A DNA stretch of 64,000 bases, taken from positions 64,001 through 128,000 of the forward strand of contig CAWDPO010000025.1 in the NCBI GenBank assembly GCA_963804165.1, written 5' to 3'. The notes below the pieces were generated by a model, which worked only from the letters and a program-made list of their open reading frames with translations, was not told where the DNA came from and did not search any database. The stretch is from an uncultured delta proteobacterium (GTDB lineage Bacteria > Desulfobacterota > Binatia > UBA9968). Position 1 is the stretch's first letter. Each line of letters starts with the position of its first letter. Both the position numbers and the translations under genes were made by a program. Of this stretch, positions 1 to 9,827 are shown piece by piece.

Positions 1-132
1 CAGGATCTGGCGCGAATGAAGAAGGCGGTGCATGAAGTTAGTCTGCAACGAGTCTACATGCGCAACGAGATGTTCAAAGAACCGCTGACGAACCAGGAAA
101 TCAAGCGCGTCGTGGCGTCGCACACGCCATAA
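1..132 (+). CDS. 3' end of a CDS truncated by the window edge, unknown product
   Basis: Frame 1 is open from base 1 to TAA at 130-132 (QDLARMKKAVHEVSLQRVYMRNEMFKEPLTNQEIKRVVASHTP*), with coding-like codon use. Confidence 0.55.
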   Translation, partial: QDLARMKKAVHEVSLQRVYMRNEMFKEPLTNQEIKRVVASHTP

Positions 133-426
133 TCCAATTAAGAGCAGGGTAAGCGTTTGTCACATTTTGCCTGGAAATGAACGCACGGCGATCATGGGCC
201 ACGAACGGCTCGTTGCCATCGTTGTTTTTTGGATTGGCAAGTTGTGGTAGCGCCTCTGAGATCTGGATATACCGTCTACCACCGGAATTGACAGAAAGCC
301 GAAGACGAAAATTCTTTGCGACGGGAATTCCTGTCCCGTTATTGTGGCATCGGTAGCTATAGTTTACTGTGCAATTGACGACGCCAATATTTCGATTGTT
401 ACAATTGCCACAGAGGAGGCTGCTCG

Positions 427-1086
427 ATGAAAGTTAGAGTGTTTTTCTTAGTCACGATGGTATTCACCCTCTGCCTTGCGGCTTCGGCTGCGCAAGCCGA
501 TTTGCAGGAAGATGTGGACCGAGCGGTAGAGATCATCGAACGCTTCCAGGAGATACCCGAGAAGGCGATTCCGACGGCGGTCCTGCGCGACGCGAAGGGC
601 CTGGCGATTATCACGGTCGCCAAAGCTGGGTTTGTTGTAAGCGGCAGGGGCGGCACCGGACTCGTCATTGCGCGCACCGACAAAGGGTGGAGCGGTCCTT
701 CGGCCATCGGTACCGGCGGGATAGGGGTCGGTTTCCAAGCCGGTGTGCAGGTCTCTGAATACGTCTTCATTCTCAACACCCAGGAGGCCGTAAACGCGTT
801 CTCTAAAGGCAGCAACGTTACTCTCGGCGGCAACCTCAGCGCGGCGATCGGTCCCATCGGACGTTCCGCCGAGGCCGGCGTGACGACGCAGGCGGCGATT
901 TACACGTACAGCCGCACTCAAGGAATTTTTGCCGGGGTTTCACTGGAGGGCACGGTGATCGCAACCCGGTATGAAGCGAACGAGCAATACTACGGTAAGG
1001 CCGCCTTTCCGGCGGATATCTTGTCAGGCAGCGTCAAGCCGCCGGCCGGCGCACAAAAGCTGCTCGACGTTTTGGCGAAATACTGA
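427..1086 (+). CDS. Ysc84/SYLF lipid-binding domain protein, exported
   Basis: Signal peptide; KAGFVVSGRGGTG, WSGPSAI, IYTYSRTQGIFAGVSLEG and ANEQYYG motifs; AGGAGG RBS. Confidence 0.9.
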   Translation: MKVRVFFLVTMVFTLCLAASAAQADLQEDVDRAVEIIERFQEIPEKAIPTAVLRDAKGLAIITVAKAGFVVSGRGGTGLVIARTDKGWSGPSAIGTGGIGVGFQAGVQVSEYVFILNTQEAVNAFSKGSNVTLGGNLSAAIGPIGRSAEAGVTTQAAIYTYSRTQGIFAGVSLEGTVIATRYEANEQYYGKAAFPADILSGSVKPPAGAQKLLDVLAKY

Positions 1087-1233
1087 GCGCCGCCCGCGCC
1101 GGTAAATTGCCAAGCCAAGAAATTCTTTTGCTCTCGGTGCTCGCCGAGAACGCAAGAACCTAAATTCAGTGACGGTGGGCGCAAACGGGTTTTACGTGCT
1201 TAGCTCTTACGTGGAGCCTTTCCATCACGCGCG

Positions 1234-2301
1234 CTAACGCGGCGGCAATTGACCTGCCTCGTTGATTTTTTTGAACAGCGCGACCGTCTCCGGGTCGCGC
1301 GGCAGTTCTTTGACGAGCTTTTCCATTTCATCCGGCATGACCGGAGTCGGCTCCTCGCCGACCAGCTTTAGATATTCTTTTGAGAACTCCTGATCCTTGA
1401 AAACTTTCACCATGGCGTCTTGGAGAATTTTCACCTGTTCCCTCGGCGTGCCGGGCGATAATATATACGGCGAGCCGACCTGTCTAAAGTCCCGAACCAT
1501 GCGCAGCAGTTTGCGCTCCCTTTCCGTTTTGGCGAAGCTCTCGATCTCCGGTAAGTGCTCGAAGCCCGCCTGCTTCAATCCCTTCGGCACTTCCATGATC
1601 GCATGCACGTTGATCGCGCCTTTGGCCAGCAAGTCGGCGTTGCGCCGGGTCAAGGTGTCGGCGTTGTTGATGCGGCCATCCAATTCCCCTCTCACCAAAG
1701 CGAGATCTTGCTCGCCGCCGGAATAGCCGACCAGAAAATTCGGCTCCTTGAGACCCATCAGCCAGGCAAAAAGCCGGCCGACGAAATAGTTGGAGTGGCC
1801 CACCGCTTGAGAACCGATTCTCAGCGCTGACGCCGAGCGCAGCGCATCGACGCTCCTCAGATTCAGCGCGGCGCGGGTAAGGAAAACCCAATGGTAGGTA
1901 CTGTGCGCCGAGCCCAGATAGATAAGTTTGTTGAGATCGTATAAAACACCGGGCGCGCCGAGCACGGCATTGGCGACGAGGCCGCCGCCGATGCGTCCGA
2001 TCGTCAAACCATCGGGGCGGGCGCTGTTAAAAATAAAATTGGCGGCCTTGGTGCCGCCGCCACCGGGCATGAACTGCAGCTTGATGGCGGGCTCGCCGGG
2101 AATATGTTTTTTCAAAGTAGGGAGCGCGGCGCGGACCATCGTGTCCGAAGTGTCGCCGGCGTCAGAAGATTGCACGAGGGTGATCGTCTTGCCGTGGTAG
2201 TAGGGGTTTTGAGAGAAAGCGGACAGCGGAAAAAACAACAGCGCGACGACGATCGTCATGATTGTGACTCGCCATCGAACCGGTACGGTATCAGATCCCA
2301 T
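1234..2301 (-). CDS. Bug/TctC-like tripartite tricarboxylate transporter solute-binding protein
   Basis: Signal peptide, then YYHGKTITL, MPGGGGTKAANFI, PDGLTIG and PGTPREQVKILQDA motifs. Confidence 0.85.
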   Translation of the reverse strand: MGSDTVPVRWRVTIMTIVVALLFFPLSAFSQNPYYHGKTITLVQSSDAGDTSDTMVRAALPTLKKHIPGEPAIKLQFMPGGGGTKAANFIFNSARPDGLTIGRIGGGLVANAVLGAPGVLYDLNKLIYLGSAHSTYHWVFLTRAALNLRSVDALRSASALRIGSQAVGHSNYFVGRLFAWLMGLKEPNFLVGYSGGEQDLALVRGELDGRINNADTLTRRNADLLAKGAINVHAIMEVPKGLKQAGFEHLPEIESFAKTERERKLLRMVRDFRQVGSPYILSPGTPREQVKILQDAMVKVFKDQEFSKEYLKLVGEEPTPVMPDEMEKLVKELPRDPETVALFKKINEAGQLPPR

Positions 2302-2458
2302 GTTCATCTCCGTTCGGGTTTAACGTCCGACGTGCTCGTGATGCGTGATTGTTCTGCGAACTCGAGCCACGAACGCAAAACACAAGGAGCACGCAGCTCG
2401 ACTAGAAGGCTGTTGCCTGAGAGTATTCAACGATCAGACCCTGGCATCGTCCTGAGCT

Positions 2459-2758
2459 TTACACGACGATCGGTTCACTCACAGGCAGGTGGCTCGCGAT
2501 CTCGGGCACACGCGTTCTCGGTTTGCCGTCGACGCCTGAGTTGCCGGCGACGAGTAAAAGCAGACGGCCTTCGCCGGTGTTACAAAGTTGGTACGGCTGT
2601 CTTGCGGTGAGCACGACCATGTCGTAGGGCTTTAAGACATACTCTTTGTGCGGCGTACGCACCCAAAACGTCGCGTGCTCGGTGCGCCACAGTTTGAAAT
2701 TACGGATTCCCTTGTTGCGTTCAACCTCCTCTTCAAAGAAATTTTTGACTTCAACCAT
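2459..2758 (-). CDS. Small cupin-fold protein with an apparent internal deletion
   Basis: C-terminal cupin motif 2 (VLKPYDMVVLTARQPYQLCNTG). Aligns by eye with the cupin at 21431-21784 but lacks its HxH..E segment. Confidence 0.6.
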   Translation of the reverse strand: MVEVKNFFEEEVERNKGIRNFKLWRTEHATFWVRTPHKEYVLKPYDMVVLTARQPYQLCNTGEGRLLLLVAGNSGVDGKPRTRVPEIASHLPVSEPIVV

Positions 2759-2986
2759 GATATCGATCTCCTCTAGACTACAAAATTGGCGTTTTCCCTC
2801 GACGCAGCACCCCTAGCCGTCTTAAGTAATTGAAGGTTAGCGCCAATACAAATGAACGATCGAAAGAGCGACGTCAAGATAGATAGGATCCGCGGTGACG
2901 GAAAAATTGCGACGCGACGGCCGGCAGTTCTTCATGCATTCCGATGCTTGATTCTGTGTCTTTGCTCCGTAGACAGAATGGCGTGG

Positions 2987-3016
2987 TTGACAGTTCGATC
3001 ACCTCCGGCCTAGCAT
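2987..3016 (+). promoter_or_regulatory. Putative sigma70 promoter for the SBP gene at 3042
   Basis: TTGACA (2987-2992), 18 bp spacer, TAGCAT (3011-3016); GGAGGTGA RBS at 3031. Confidence 0.5.
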
Positions 3017-3041
3017 TCCGCCCAACCGCGGGAGGTGATTC

Positions 3042-4071
3042 GTGTGTTTTCCTTTGCGCCGTTGGCGAGTCTGGATCTCCATATCCTTCATCTTAAATTT
3101 TACAAACCTTGCGCACGCCCGCGCCGAAGACACTGTTCTTATGGCTTATGGCGGGCATAATGAAACCATCGGAGCCTATTGGGTGGCGATCGATAAAGGG
3201 CTCTATCAGAAACATGGCATCGACGCGCGCTTGCTTCAGGTGCGCAACGCGCAAATCAGCTTGTCGGATCTGGTCTCCGGTCAGGTGCCGGTATTCCTTC
3301 CCTCGGTGGCCAACGTGTTGAGCGGCGTGACCGGGGGCGAAAATCGCCTGCGTCGCATCTCCGATAAAAGGGATTTCGCGCGAGCTGGTTGTGCGCAAGG
3401 AGATCGAATCGCTGGCGGCGCTGCGCGGCAAAACCATCGGCGTGCAAAGTATCGGCGGCGGCTTTTGGCTGGCGACCATGATGGTGTTGGATGGTGTCGG
3501 CATCGACCCCGATAGGACTGGCATGAAAATGCGTGTCATCGGTGAGGAAGCGACCATCGTTCAAGCGCTACTGAGTTCGAACATCGATGCCGCCGTGGTT
3601 ACGTTGCCGTCGGCCGCGGTGGCCAAGCGCGGCGGTATGCGGTCGCTGGTCAACTCGACGGAACTTCGAATTCCTTTTCAAACCGTCGGGATTTGCAGCC
3701 GCAGCGAGCGGATCGCCAACGCGCCGGACCTCATGACGCGCCAAACCAAGGGCATGATCGACGCGATCGTCTACATTCTCGATGCGCGCAACAAAAAGGA
3801 ATTGGCTGCGGTTTTGAAAAAACACCTTCGCTTAAGCACCGACGAAGATGCGGAGACGTCTTACAATTCCCTTCGCTCGATCATCAGCCTGGACATCGCT
3901 CTGGACCCCGTGACCTGGAGGAACATTCAAAAATTCACCGCGCGGGTTAACACCAAGGTTGTCCAAGTCGATATCAACGAAGCGATCAATACATCGATCG
4001 TGAACGCACTCGAAGAAAACGGCTACCTCCCGGAAGCAAGGAAAAAAGCGGCTTCTCAACCCGCGCGCTAG
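3042..4071 (+). pseudogene. NitT/TauT (SsuA/THI5)-type ABC solute-binding protein, frameshifted
   Basis: ORF 3042 (signal peptide, WVAIDKGLYQKHGID) changes frame at the G5 run 3333-3337 and continues as GAKIACVASPIKGISRELVVRKEIESLAALRGKTIG to TAG 4071. Real frameshift or sequencing indel. Confidence 0.75.
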
Positions 4072-4563
4072 CATTCTGTCTCAGAAGTTCGTTGCGCGGA
4101 ACTTCCGACAATCAAGAGCGACGGCGAAAAACTCAAGCACATTCTGCAAAATATCATCGGCAACGCAATCAAGTTTACGCCAAAGGGCAGGATAACCATT
4201 TCGCTTCGATACATTGCCGATCCCGGCGTGCTGGAGTTCAAAGTGACGGATACCGGAGTGGGGATCCCAAAGGAAATGTTGCCGGTTATTTTTGAAATGT
4301 TTCGCCAGGTGGACAGCTCGGAGAACAGACCCTTCGAGGGCGTAGGATTGGGTCTCTATATTGTCAAGAAGTTTACCGAGTTCCTCGGCGGACAAGTAGC
4401 GGTCGAGAGCGAGGAAGGCAGCGGTTCGACATTCATAGTAACGATACCTACGGCTGTGGCGGACCAGCAGATGGATAGTCCGGCCCAAGTGGCCGCTGGC
4501 TTCACGACGCGGTCAAGGACGTTCGAATTTGATTCCGTCGAGGATTTAACAAGAAAGGGATGA
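4072..4563 (+). pseudogene. Histidine kinase remnant, HATPase_c domain only
   Basis: SDGEKLKHILQNIIGNAIKFT (N box), DTGVGIP (G1), FEMFRQVD (F box), GVGLGLYI (G2). No HisKA or sensor domain, and no start codon before the N box. Confidence 0.75.
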
Positions 4564-4568
4564 ATCCG

Positions 4569-4962
4569 ATGAAACGAGTACTTTTGGTCGAGGACAATGA
4601 GTCCACCATCGATGTGGTCGAGATGGAACTGAAATTTGGGTTATGAAGTGATGATCGCCAGGGACGGGCTGGAAGCCGTGGATCGAGTCGCGGAGCAGTT
4701 GCCCGATCTGGTCATTATGGACATCCACCTGCCCAAGATGAACGGGTTTGAAGCTGTGCGCCGGATCAGGACAATGCCGGCCGTCCATGACATTCCAATA
4801 CTAGCGGCGACGGCGAAAGCGTTGAACGGCGACCAGGAGAAGTGCATAGCGGCCGGCTGTGACGGATATATCGCGAAGCCCTTTACCCATAGAGAATTAG
4901 AAACCGCTATCAACGGTATGCTGAAACGCCGACTCAGTAATCTTCAGCTCGACGAGAAATAG
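4569..4962 (+). pseudogene. Single-domain response regulator (DivK/CheY-like), frameshifted
   Basis: MKRVLLVEDNE.. from ATG 4569 shifts frame at the T run near 4635 into LGYEVMIARDG..PDLVIMDIHLPKMNG..ATAKA..GCDGYIAKPF. Confidence 0.8.
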
Positions 4963-5103
4963 CTGATACCAATCGGCACGAAACGATCCGTACGCGAACT
5001 TTTCCCGCTCGAATATCAATTCACGTTTCCGCGGTCGTATCCCGCTCATCTAGAGACCGAACTCCGCCGAATCGAGATCTCTAACGTTGCTGTTGATTAG
5101 CCA

Positions 5104-5472
5104 TTATCCCGACAACCCTTTGCGGTAGCGCGCCGCACCCATATGGCCGATGCCAATTGTCAGGATGCCAAGAACGAGATGGATGATCTGGATGACCCAA
5201 TGAAATGGCCCGACCATTAAAGACGCCTGCATCATCCCAAGGACAGCAGTAATAGCGCCGACGACCAGAGCGCAAGCGGCGATGATCCAGCTGCCGGTTT
5301 TGGAAAACACCTGACCGACACCGATAACCCAGAGCGCGCCGACGGCCAGAAGGCCGAGCAGCATGTGCATGGAGACGAGATTCAAAGCGATGCCGATCCA
5401 AAAGAGCAGGCCCAGGATCAGCGCGAGTAATCCAGCCAGACTTAAAACAAACGATGCAATACGTATCGTCAT
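5104..5472 (-). CDS. Small integral membrane protein, about 4 TM helices, His-containing
   Basis: Strongly hydrophobic helices (LALILGLLFWIG, HMLLGLLAV, IHLVLGILTIG); start taken at ATG 5472. Confidence 0.7.
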   Translation of the reverse strand: MTIRIASFVLSLAGLLALILGLLFWIGIALNLVSMHMLLGLLAVGALWVIGVGQVFSKTGSWIIAACALVVGAITAVLGMMQASLMVGPFHWVIQIIHLVLGILTIGIGHMGAARYRKGLSG

Positions 5473-5669
5473 AGAGGCAAAAAACTCTCCTTGTGAATGA
5501 CTTCCTACGAAAACTCGTCGGCACGATGAGTCGACGTAAACTACGTCAGTAAACACTCGATGCAAGCGGCGCGCAAACGCTCGCTCTACTCTCGATGTAA
5601 CCGACAGCGGGATACGAAGATAATTCAACCGCGCCTAGGAAGAATTGGAAGGTCGCACGCACGTGACAT

Positions 5670-6065
5670 TTAGTTTTCGCGATTCTTGCGCCTGCTGGTC
5701 ACGATGACTTGCATCCCCTCGGCGCTCACGATCTCCACTTCAGTTCCGGCAATAATCACCTGATCAATGGGATTCGCGACGGCATTCCAAAGCTCGCCTC
5801 GGACTCGCACGTAGCCCCGCGGGTCCAGATGATCTTGCGCCACGCCGCGCGTACCGACGAGGGCTTGCGAACCGGGCTTGACGTCCGATTCATAGGCGCG
5901 CCGAAGGAGCGGATACATTAGCAAGTCTTTCAATACCCAGCCAAACAAACCGAAAACGGCGACCCATCCTGGCAGGTATCGCCAATTCCACAGACCAAGG
6001 ACGATCAGTCCAGTGATGATCCAACCTGGAGTCTGAAACAGTAGGTATCTTTGCCACGTGGACAC
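5670..6065 (-). CDS. Short NfeD-family protein
   Basis: Two TM helices followed by the OB-fold motif LVGTRG..LDPRGYVRVRGELWNA..GTEVEIV. Confidence 0.85.
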   Translation of the reverse strand: MSTWQRYLLFQTPGWIITGLIVLGLWNWRYLPGWVAVFGLFGWVLKDLLMYPLLRRAYESDVKPGSQALVGTRGVAQDHLDPRGYVRVRGELWNAVANPIDQVIIAGTEVEIVSAEGMQVIVTSRRKNREN

Positions 6066-6282
6066 CGGGCGAACGCCTCTTTCGGTTTGACCGCAATTGA
6101 AAATAGATCGCCAATGGAAATTTATGTAACGGTTCGACGGAAATCAAGATTGACGCGTCTTGCGCCTCGACTAAATCGGCGTCCATGCGATCCTCCGCAG
6201 CGCTACGGTTGTGATGACCTGACCTTGACCCGCTCGGCGCACGTAGATACTGTCATGGAGAAACTCCGAGCGAGGGCATCTC

Positions 6283-7023
6283 ATGACCATAAGTTCTTTA
6301 CGTATGGATCTCGCGCCGACAGGCATGCTACGCGTCGGCATTAACTATGGAAACCCAGTGCTGGCTGGCAAGGACTCAACGAGCGGCGATCTGCACGGCG
6401 TGGCGGTCGATCTGGCGCGCGAGCTTGCCCGGCGCGCAGACGTGCCCGTCGAGTTGATCGGCTTCGAATCTGCGGGAAAGATGTTCGAGGCGGTGAAAAC
6501 GGGCGCCTGGGATATCGCGTTTCTCGCGATCGACCAAGGTCGCGCCAACGAGGTTGATTTCACTCCTCCCTACGTCGAAATCGAAGGAACCTATCTAGTT
6601 CCGTCGGGGTCTAAGTTTCACACCCTCGAAGACGTCGACAGTGACGGTGTGCGCATCGGCGTGTCAGCCAAGAGCGCTTACGATTTATTTTTGAGCCGCA
6701 GTATCCAGCACGCTGAACTGGTGCACGCGTCGAGCCCCGACGCAGCGTTCGAGCTGCTCAATGCCGGCAAGGTCGATGTGCTCGCCGGGGTGAGGCAACA
6801 CCTCGCGGCAAACGCGGCAAAGCTTCCCGGATCGCGTGTGTTCGACGGCCGGTTCATGGTGATTCAACAAGCGCTCGGTATTCTGAAAGGCCGCGACGAA
6901 GGCGCAAAGTACCTCCACGATTTTATCGAAGACGTGAAAGCGTCAGGTTTCGTCGGACGCGCGATTGAGAAAGCCGGCATGCGCGGCGTATCGGTCGCCC
7001 CCGCGGCCGGGGTCAAATCCTAA
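6283..7023 (+). CDS. Polar-amino-acid-type (PBP2) solute-binding protein with no evident signal peptide
   Basis: LAPTGMLRVGIN, GVAVDLARELA, WDIAFLAID, DFTPPYVEIEG and FIEDVKASG motifs. Confidence 0.85.
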   Translation: MTISSLRMDLAPTGMLRVGINYGNPVLAGKDSTSGDLHGVAVDLARELARRADVPVELIGFESAGKMFEAVKTGAWDIAFLAIDQGRANEVDFTPPYVEIEGTYLVPSGSKFHTLEDVDSDGVRIGVSAKSAYDLFLSRSIQHAELVHASSPDAAFELLNAGKVDVLAGVRQHLAANAAKLPGSRVFDGRFMVIQQALGILKGRDEGAKYLHDFIEDVKASGFVGRAIEKAGMRGVSVAPAAGVKS

Positions 7024-7086
7024 GTGCGTTGCCAATGGACCGCGCCGGGTGTTACGCTCAATTGGATCCAGAAAGGAGCGCCGGTT

Positions 7087-7899
7087 ATGCTTGAAACCGT
7101 CACTGCAGATATTCCTTACACGATGGACACGGGTGAGAAACTCGTCAACGAGACGTTTGGCCCGAACAATATTCGTCGGAGTCGGACCGGATCTGACGAT
7201 CGGAAACGAATGGCGGTCAATAACGGCCGGTTGGTCGCCGATCGCTTATCGTTGGACGAAAATGGTTTCGTCTTCGTTGCGCACCAAACGAAGGTAGCTG
7301 ACTTTTTCGATGCCGAGCAGTTGAAGGCGGTGTATTACCCGGAGGTCGAGCAACTGATCAAAAAGATGTCGGGAGCTGCGCGCGTGGCGATTTTCGATCA
7401 CACATTGCGCTCGGGCGACGAGTCCGAGAGAGAAGAAAAGCTCATCCGCGAGCCGGTGCTGTCGGCGCACAATGACTATACGGAGTGGTCCGGACCCAAT
7501 CGGGTGCGCGAGTTTCTTCCCGACGAGGCCGACGAGTTGCTTAGGCGCCGCTTCGCAATTGTTCAAGTCTGGCGCGCGATCAATCAGCCGATTCAGGCAA
7601 ATCCCCTCGCGCTTGCGGACGCCAAAAGCGTCGCAATGGACGATCTGCTCGTGGCAGAGCGCCGCTACCCGCACCGGGTCGGTCAAACTTACCGCTTAAA
7701 ATACAATCCCAACCACCGTTGGTTCTATTTCCCCGAGATGCGCCGCGACGAAGCGCTGGTCTTTAAAGTCTTCGACTCGGAAAAAGACGGCCGCGCCCGC
7801 TTCACGCCGCACACTTCGTTTGCCGATCCCAACTCTCCGCTCAACGCGCCGCCGCGCCAGAGCATCGAAGTGAGCGCGTTCGCGTTTTTTGCGTCCTAG
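7087..7899 (+). CDS. CmcJ/NvfI/AsaB-family oxidoreductase (Fe/2-oxoglutarate-type)
   Basis: LSLDENGF, YYPEVEQLIK, FDHTLR, AHNDYT (HxD), VWRAI, PLALAD, TPHTSF, RQSIEV; AAGGAG RBS before ATG 7087. Confidence 0.85.
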   Translation: MLETVTADIPYTMDTGEKLVNETFGPNNIRRSRTGSDDRKRMAVNNGRLVADRLSLDENGFVFVAHQTKVADFFDAEQLKAVYYPEVEQLIKKMSGAARVAIFDHTLRSGDESEREEKLIREPVLSAHNDYTEWSGPNRVREFLPDEADELLRRRFAIVQVWRAINQPIQANPLALADAKSVAMDDLLVAERRYPHRVGQTYRLKYNPNHRWFYFPEMRRDEALVFKVFDSEKDGRARFTPHTSFADPNSPLNAPPRQSIEVSAFAFFAS

Positions 7900-7980
7900 A
7901 CTTGTCAGCGTTTCTCCCGAAGAGTGTCGAGATAAACCCTGATCATCGTCGTAAATTGCTCTTGAATAAAGGAGGACATC

Positions 7981-8763
7981 ATGGGTCTCGGCTCAACTAT
8001 CGCACGCGCAATCATGAGCGGAGCTATCCAAGCTGCTAAGGACGTTGCTCGCGAAGAAGCTAGGAGCAATCGCGGTAATCAATCATCACAACAGACACAC
8101 GAGGCGACTTCCTTGGCGACAAGTCGCCTTGCGGCTCCGCCGATGACGACGTCGCTTCGAAAGGCTCTGCGGGTCGCAGGCATCGTTGATGGACTGCTTG
8201 AACAAACCCGGAACGAGTGGTTGCCAGTATTCCGTGCGAGCTTTGGTGAAGATTCGCCCGCAAGCGAGAAAGTACAGCAAAATGTAAACGACAGCATCAA
8301 CAGGCTCTACGCGCACCTAAAAAATAAGGGGTTCCCCTGCGATACTGACGTAACTTTTTGGACCGCGGTGTCCGACATTCAGTTCGAATTAATGTTGCAC
8401 AAGGCTTTTCCGGAGGCCTGGGAGGACTGGAATGAGGAACTCGACAACATATTGGAACGTGCTGCAGGCGAGGCCAAGCGAATCGCCGGGGAGCACAGGA
8501 TGGAGACTGTAGCGAAGCTCATGCCGGACGGGCGTATGCCGATCGACGCTACGGTACTTAATGAACGGCTGATGCATGCCACCCGTGAACTGTTAGGACA
8601 GGTCATTTTGCCTGCCATCACGGGTGCTGGAATGGTGGTGGAGAACAACCCGGTGTTCACAGCTCGTTTCGGAAATCTTATTCCTAAAGCCGTACTCAGC
8701 GACATGAGTGAGTTTAGTAGCGAACTGGCGAAGTCGAGCAACGTTACGCAAAGCGAAAAATGA
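7981..8763 (+). CDS. Hypothetical protein with no recognised family
   Basis: 260-aa ORF with a strong AAAGGAGG RBS; codon usage differs from its neighbours. Confidence 0.7.
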   Translation: MGLGSTIARAIMSGAIQAAKDVAREEARSNRGNQSSQQTHEATSLATSRLAAPPMTTSLRKALRVAGIVDGLLEQTRNEWLPVFRASFGEDSPASEKVQQNVNDSINRLYAHLKNKGFPCDTDVTFWTAVSDIQFELMLHKAFPEAWEDWNEELDNILERAAGEAKRIAGEHRMETVAKLMPDGRMPIDATVLNERLMHATRELLGQVILPAITGAGMVVENNPVFTARFGNLIPKAVLSDMSEFSSELAKSSNVTQSEK

Positions 8764-8876
8764 CAAAGCCTCCGAAGGTAACTATTCTGTGACGAGTATG
8801 GGGGGCCGGAGGTGGCTTTCTAAACAGAGATTGTCGGACATCCATACCTAACTCTGTTGTCTCTCGTTAGAGATGC

Positions 8877-9827
8877 TTACAGGCTGTGTTTCAAGAACTT
8901 GAATGCTTCTTTTTCTGCGACCGGTGGAAAACGATGTCCCGCATCGTGTCGGAACCAGCCGATTTTCTTCGGTGAACCCATGGATTTCCAAAGCGGCATT
9001 GCTCCACGGATGAAAGGCCATGCATAGTCATTGTCATACTTACCACCGACAAGCAAAAAAGATCGAGGAGCAATCATTGCAAGCACCTGGTGATTATCAA
9101 GAGGAAACCCTTCCTCACGAATCTCTTGCCCGAGGTACCAAACGTCGTGCCAGTTGGAGAACGTTAGCCCTATCCCACCGTCACTGGCGACACCGGCCTT
9201 GACGCGCGACTCGAATGCCATAAGAAATAAGACCTCCTTAGCTCCAAGTGAATGACCAATGGCCCCAATTGTCTTTGCCCGGTAACGTTTTCCCAAAACG
9301 TCTACAGCACGAATCCCATCTTGGATCATCCGGCTGATTCCTTTCCACTGGGGATGTGCCTGCTGCATTTTTTTAACTTCTCTTCTATGGACGGTACGTG
9401 GGTCGATCGCAGGCAACGGACGCTCACCGTAGATGAAGCATTTTGGACAAATTACGACGTATTTTTCTCTTGCGAGCCGGGCAGCGATGCTGGTTTCTGG
9501 ACTTGGATCTATGGAACCAGCGGCTTCAAACGCCGTGGGACCGCTCTCGTGAAAAAAGACGATACCTGGGAGGTTGCCTTTAACTCCCTTGGGTCGTAGA
9601 AGATAGGCCTCAGTGGTAAGCTCCCGCTCCACAGGGTATTTTAAGTGCAATCGTTCTATTGATCTAAAGACCTCTCTTCGACCTTCTTCAATATGAATCA
9701 GTTTGTTGTCAGGCAACGGTTCTTTACCAAACAAGAATTTGGTCCACTCCGCTCGCCAATAGGGTATATCACGTTCGTAGATTACCTTTGGCGGTAATTG
9801 CAGATTCGTCTCTGGTTCTACCTTCAT
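8877..9827 (-). CDS. Alpha/beta hydrolase, dienelactone hydrolase/acetylxylan esterase-like
   Basis: EAYLLRP, GHSLGAKE nucleophile elbow, LAMIAPR and GHRFP motifs; AT-richer codons. Confidence 0.85.
   Translation of the reverse strand: MKVEPETNLQLPPKVIYERDIPYWRAEWTKFLFGKEPLPDNKLIHIEEGRREVFRSIERLHLKYPVERELTTEAYLLRPKGVKGNLPGIVFFHESGPTAFEAAGSIDPSPETSIAARLAREKYVVICPKCFIYGERPLPAIDPRTVHRREVKKMQQAHPQWKGISRMIQDGIRAVDVLGKRYRAKTIGAIGHSLGAKEVLFLMAFESRVKAGVASDGGIGLTFSNWHDVWYLGQEIREEGFPLDNHQVLAMIAPRSFLLVGGKYDNDYAWPFIRGAMPLWKSMGSPKKIGWFRHDAGHRFPPVAEKEAFKFLKHSL

Noticed and set aside
4069-4071. Pyrrolysine-type recoding of the TAG
   Set aside because: No pyl genes in the window, the SBP ends at its normal family length, and the fusion would lack TM and HisKA domains
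8846-8872. ACCTAAC..GTTAGAG resembling integron attC core sites next to the island genes
   Set aside because: Only about 13 bp separate the boxes, far shorter than an attC site; no L boxes, cassette array or integrase
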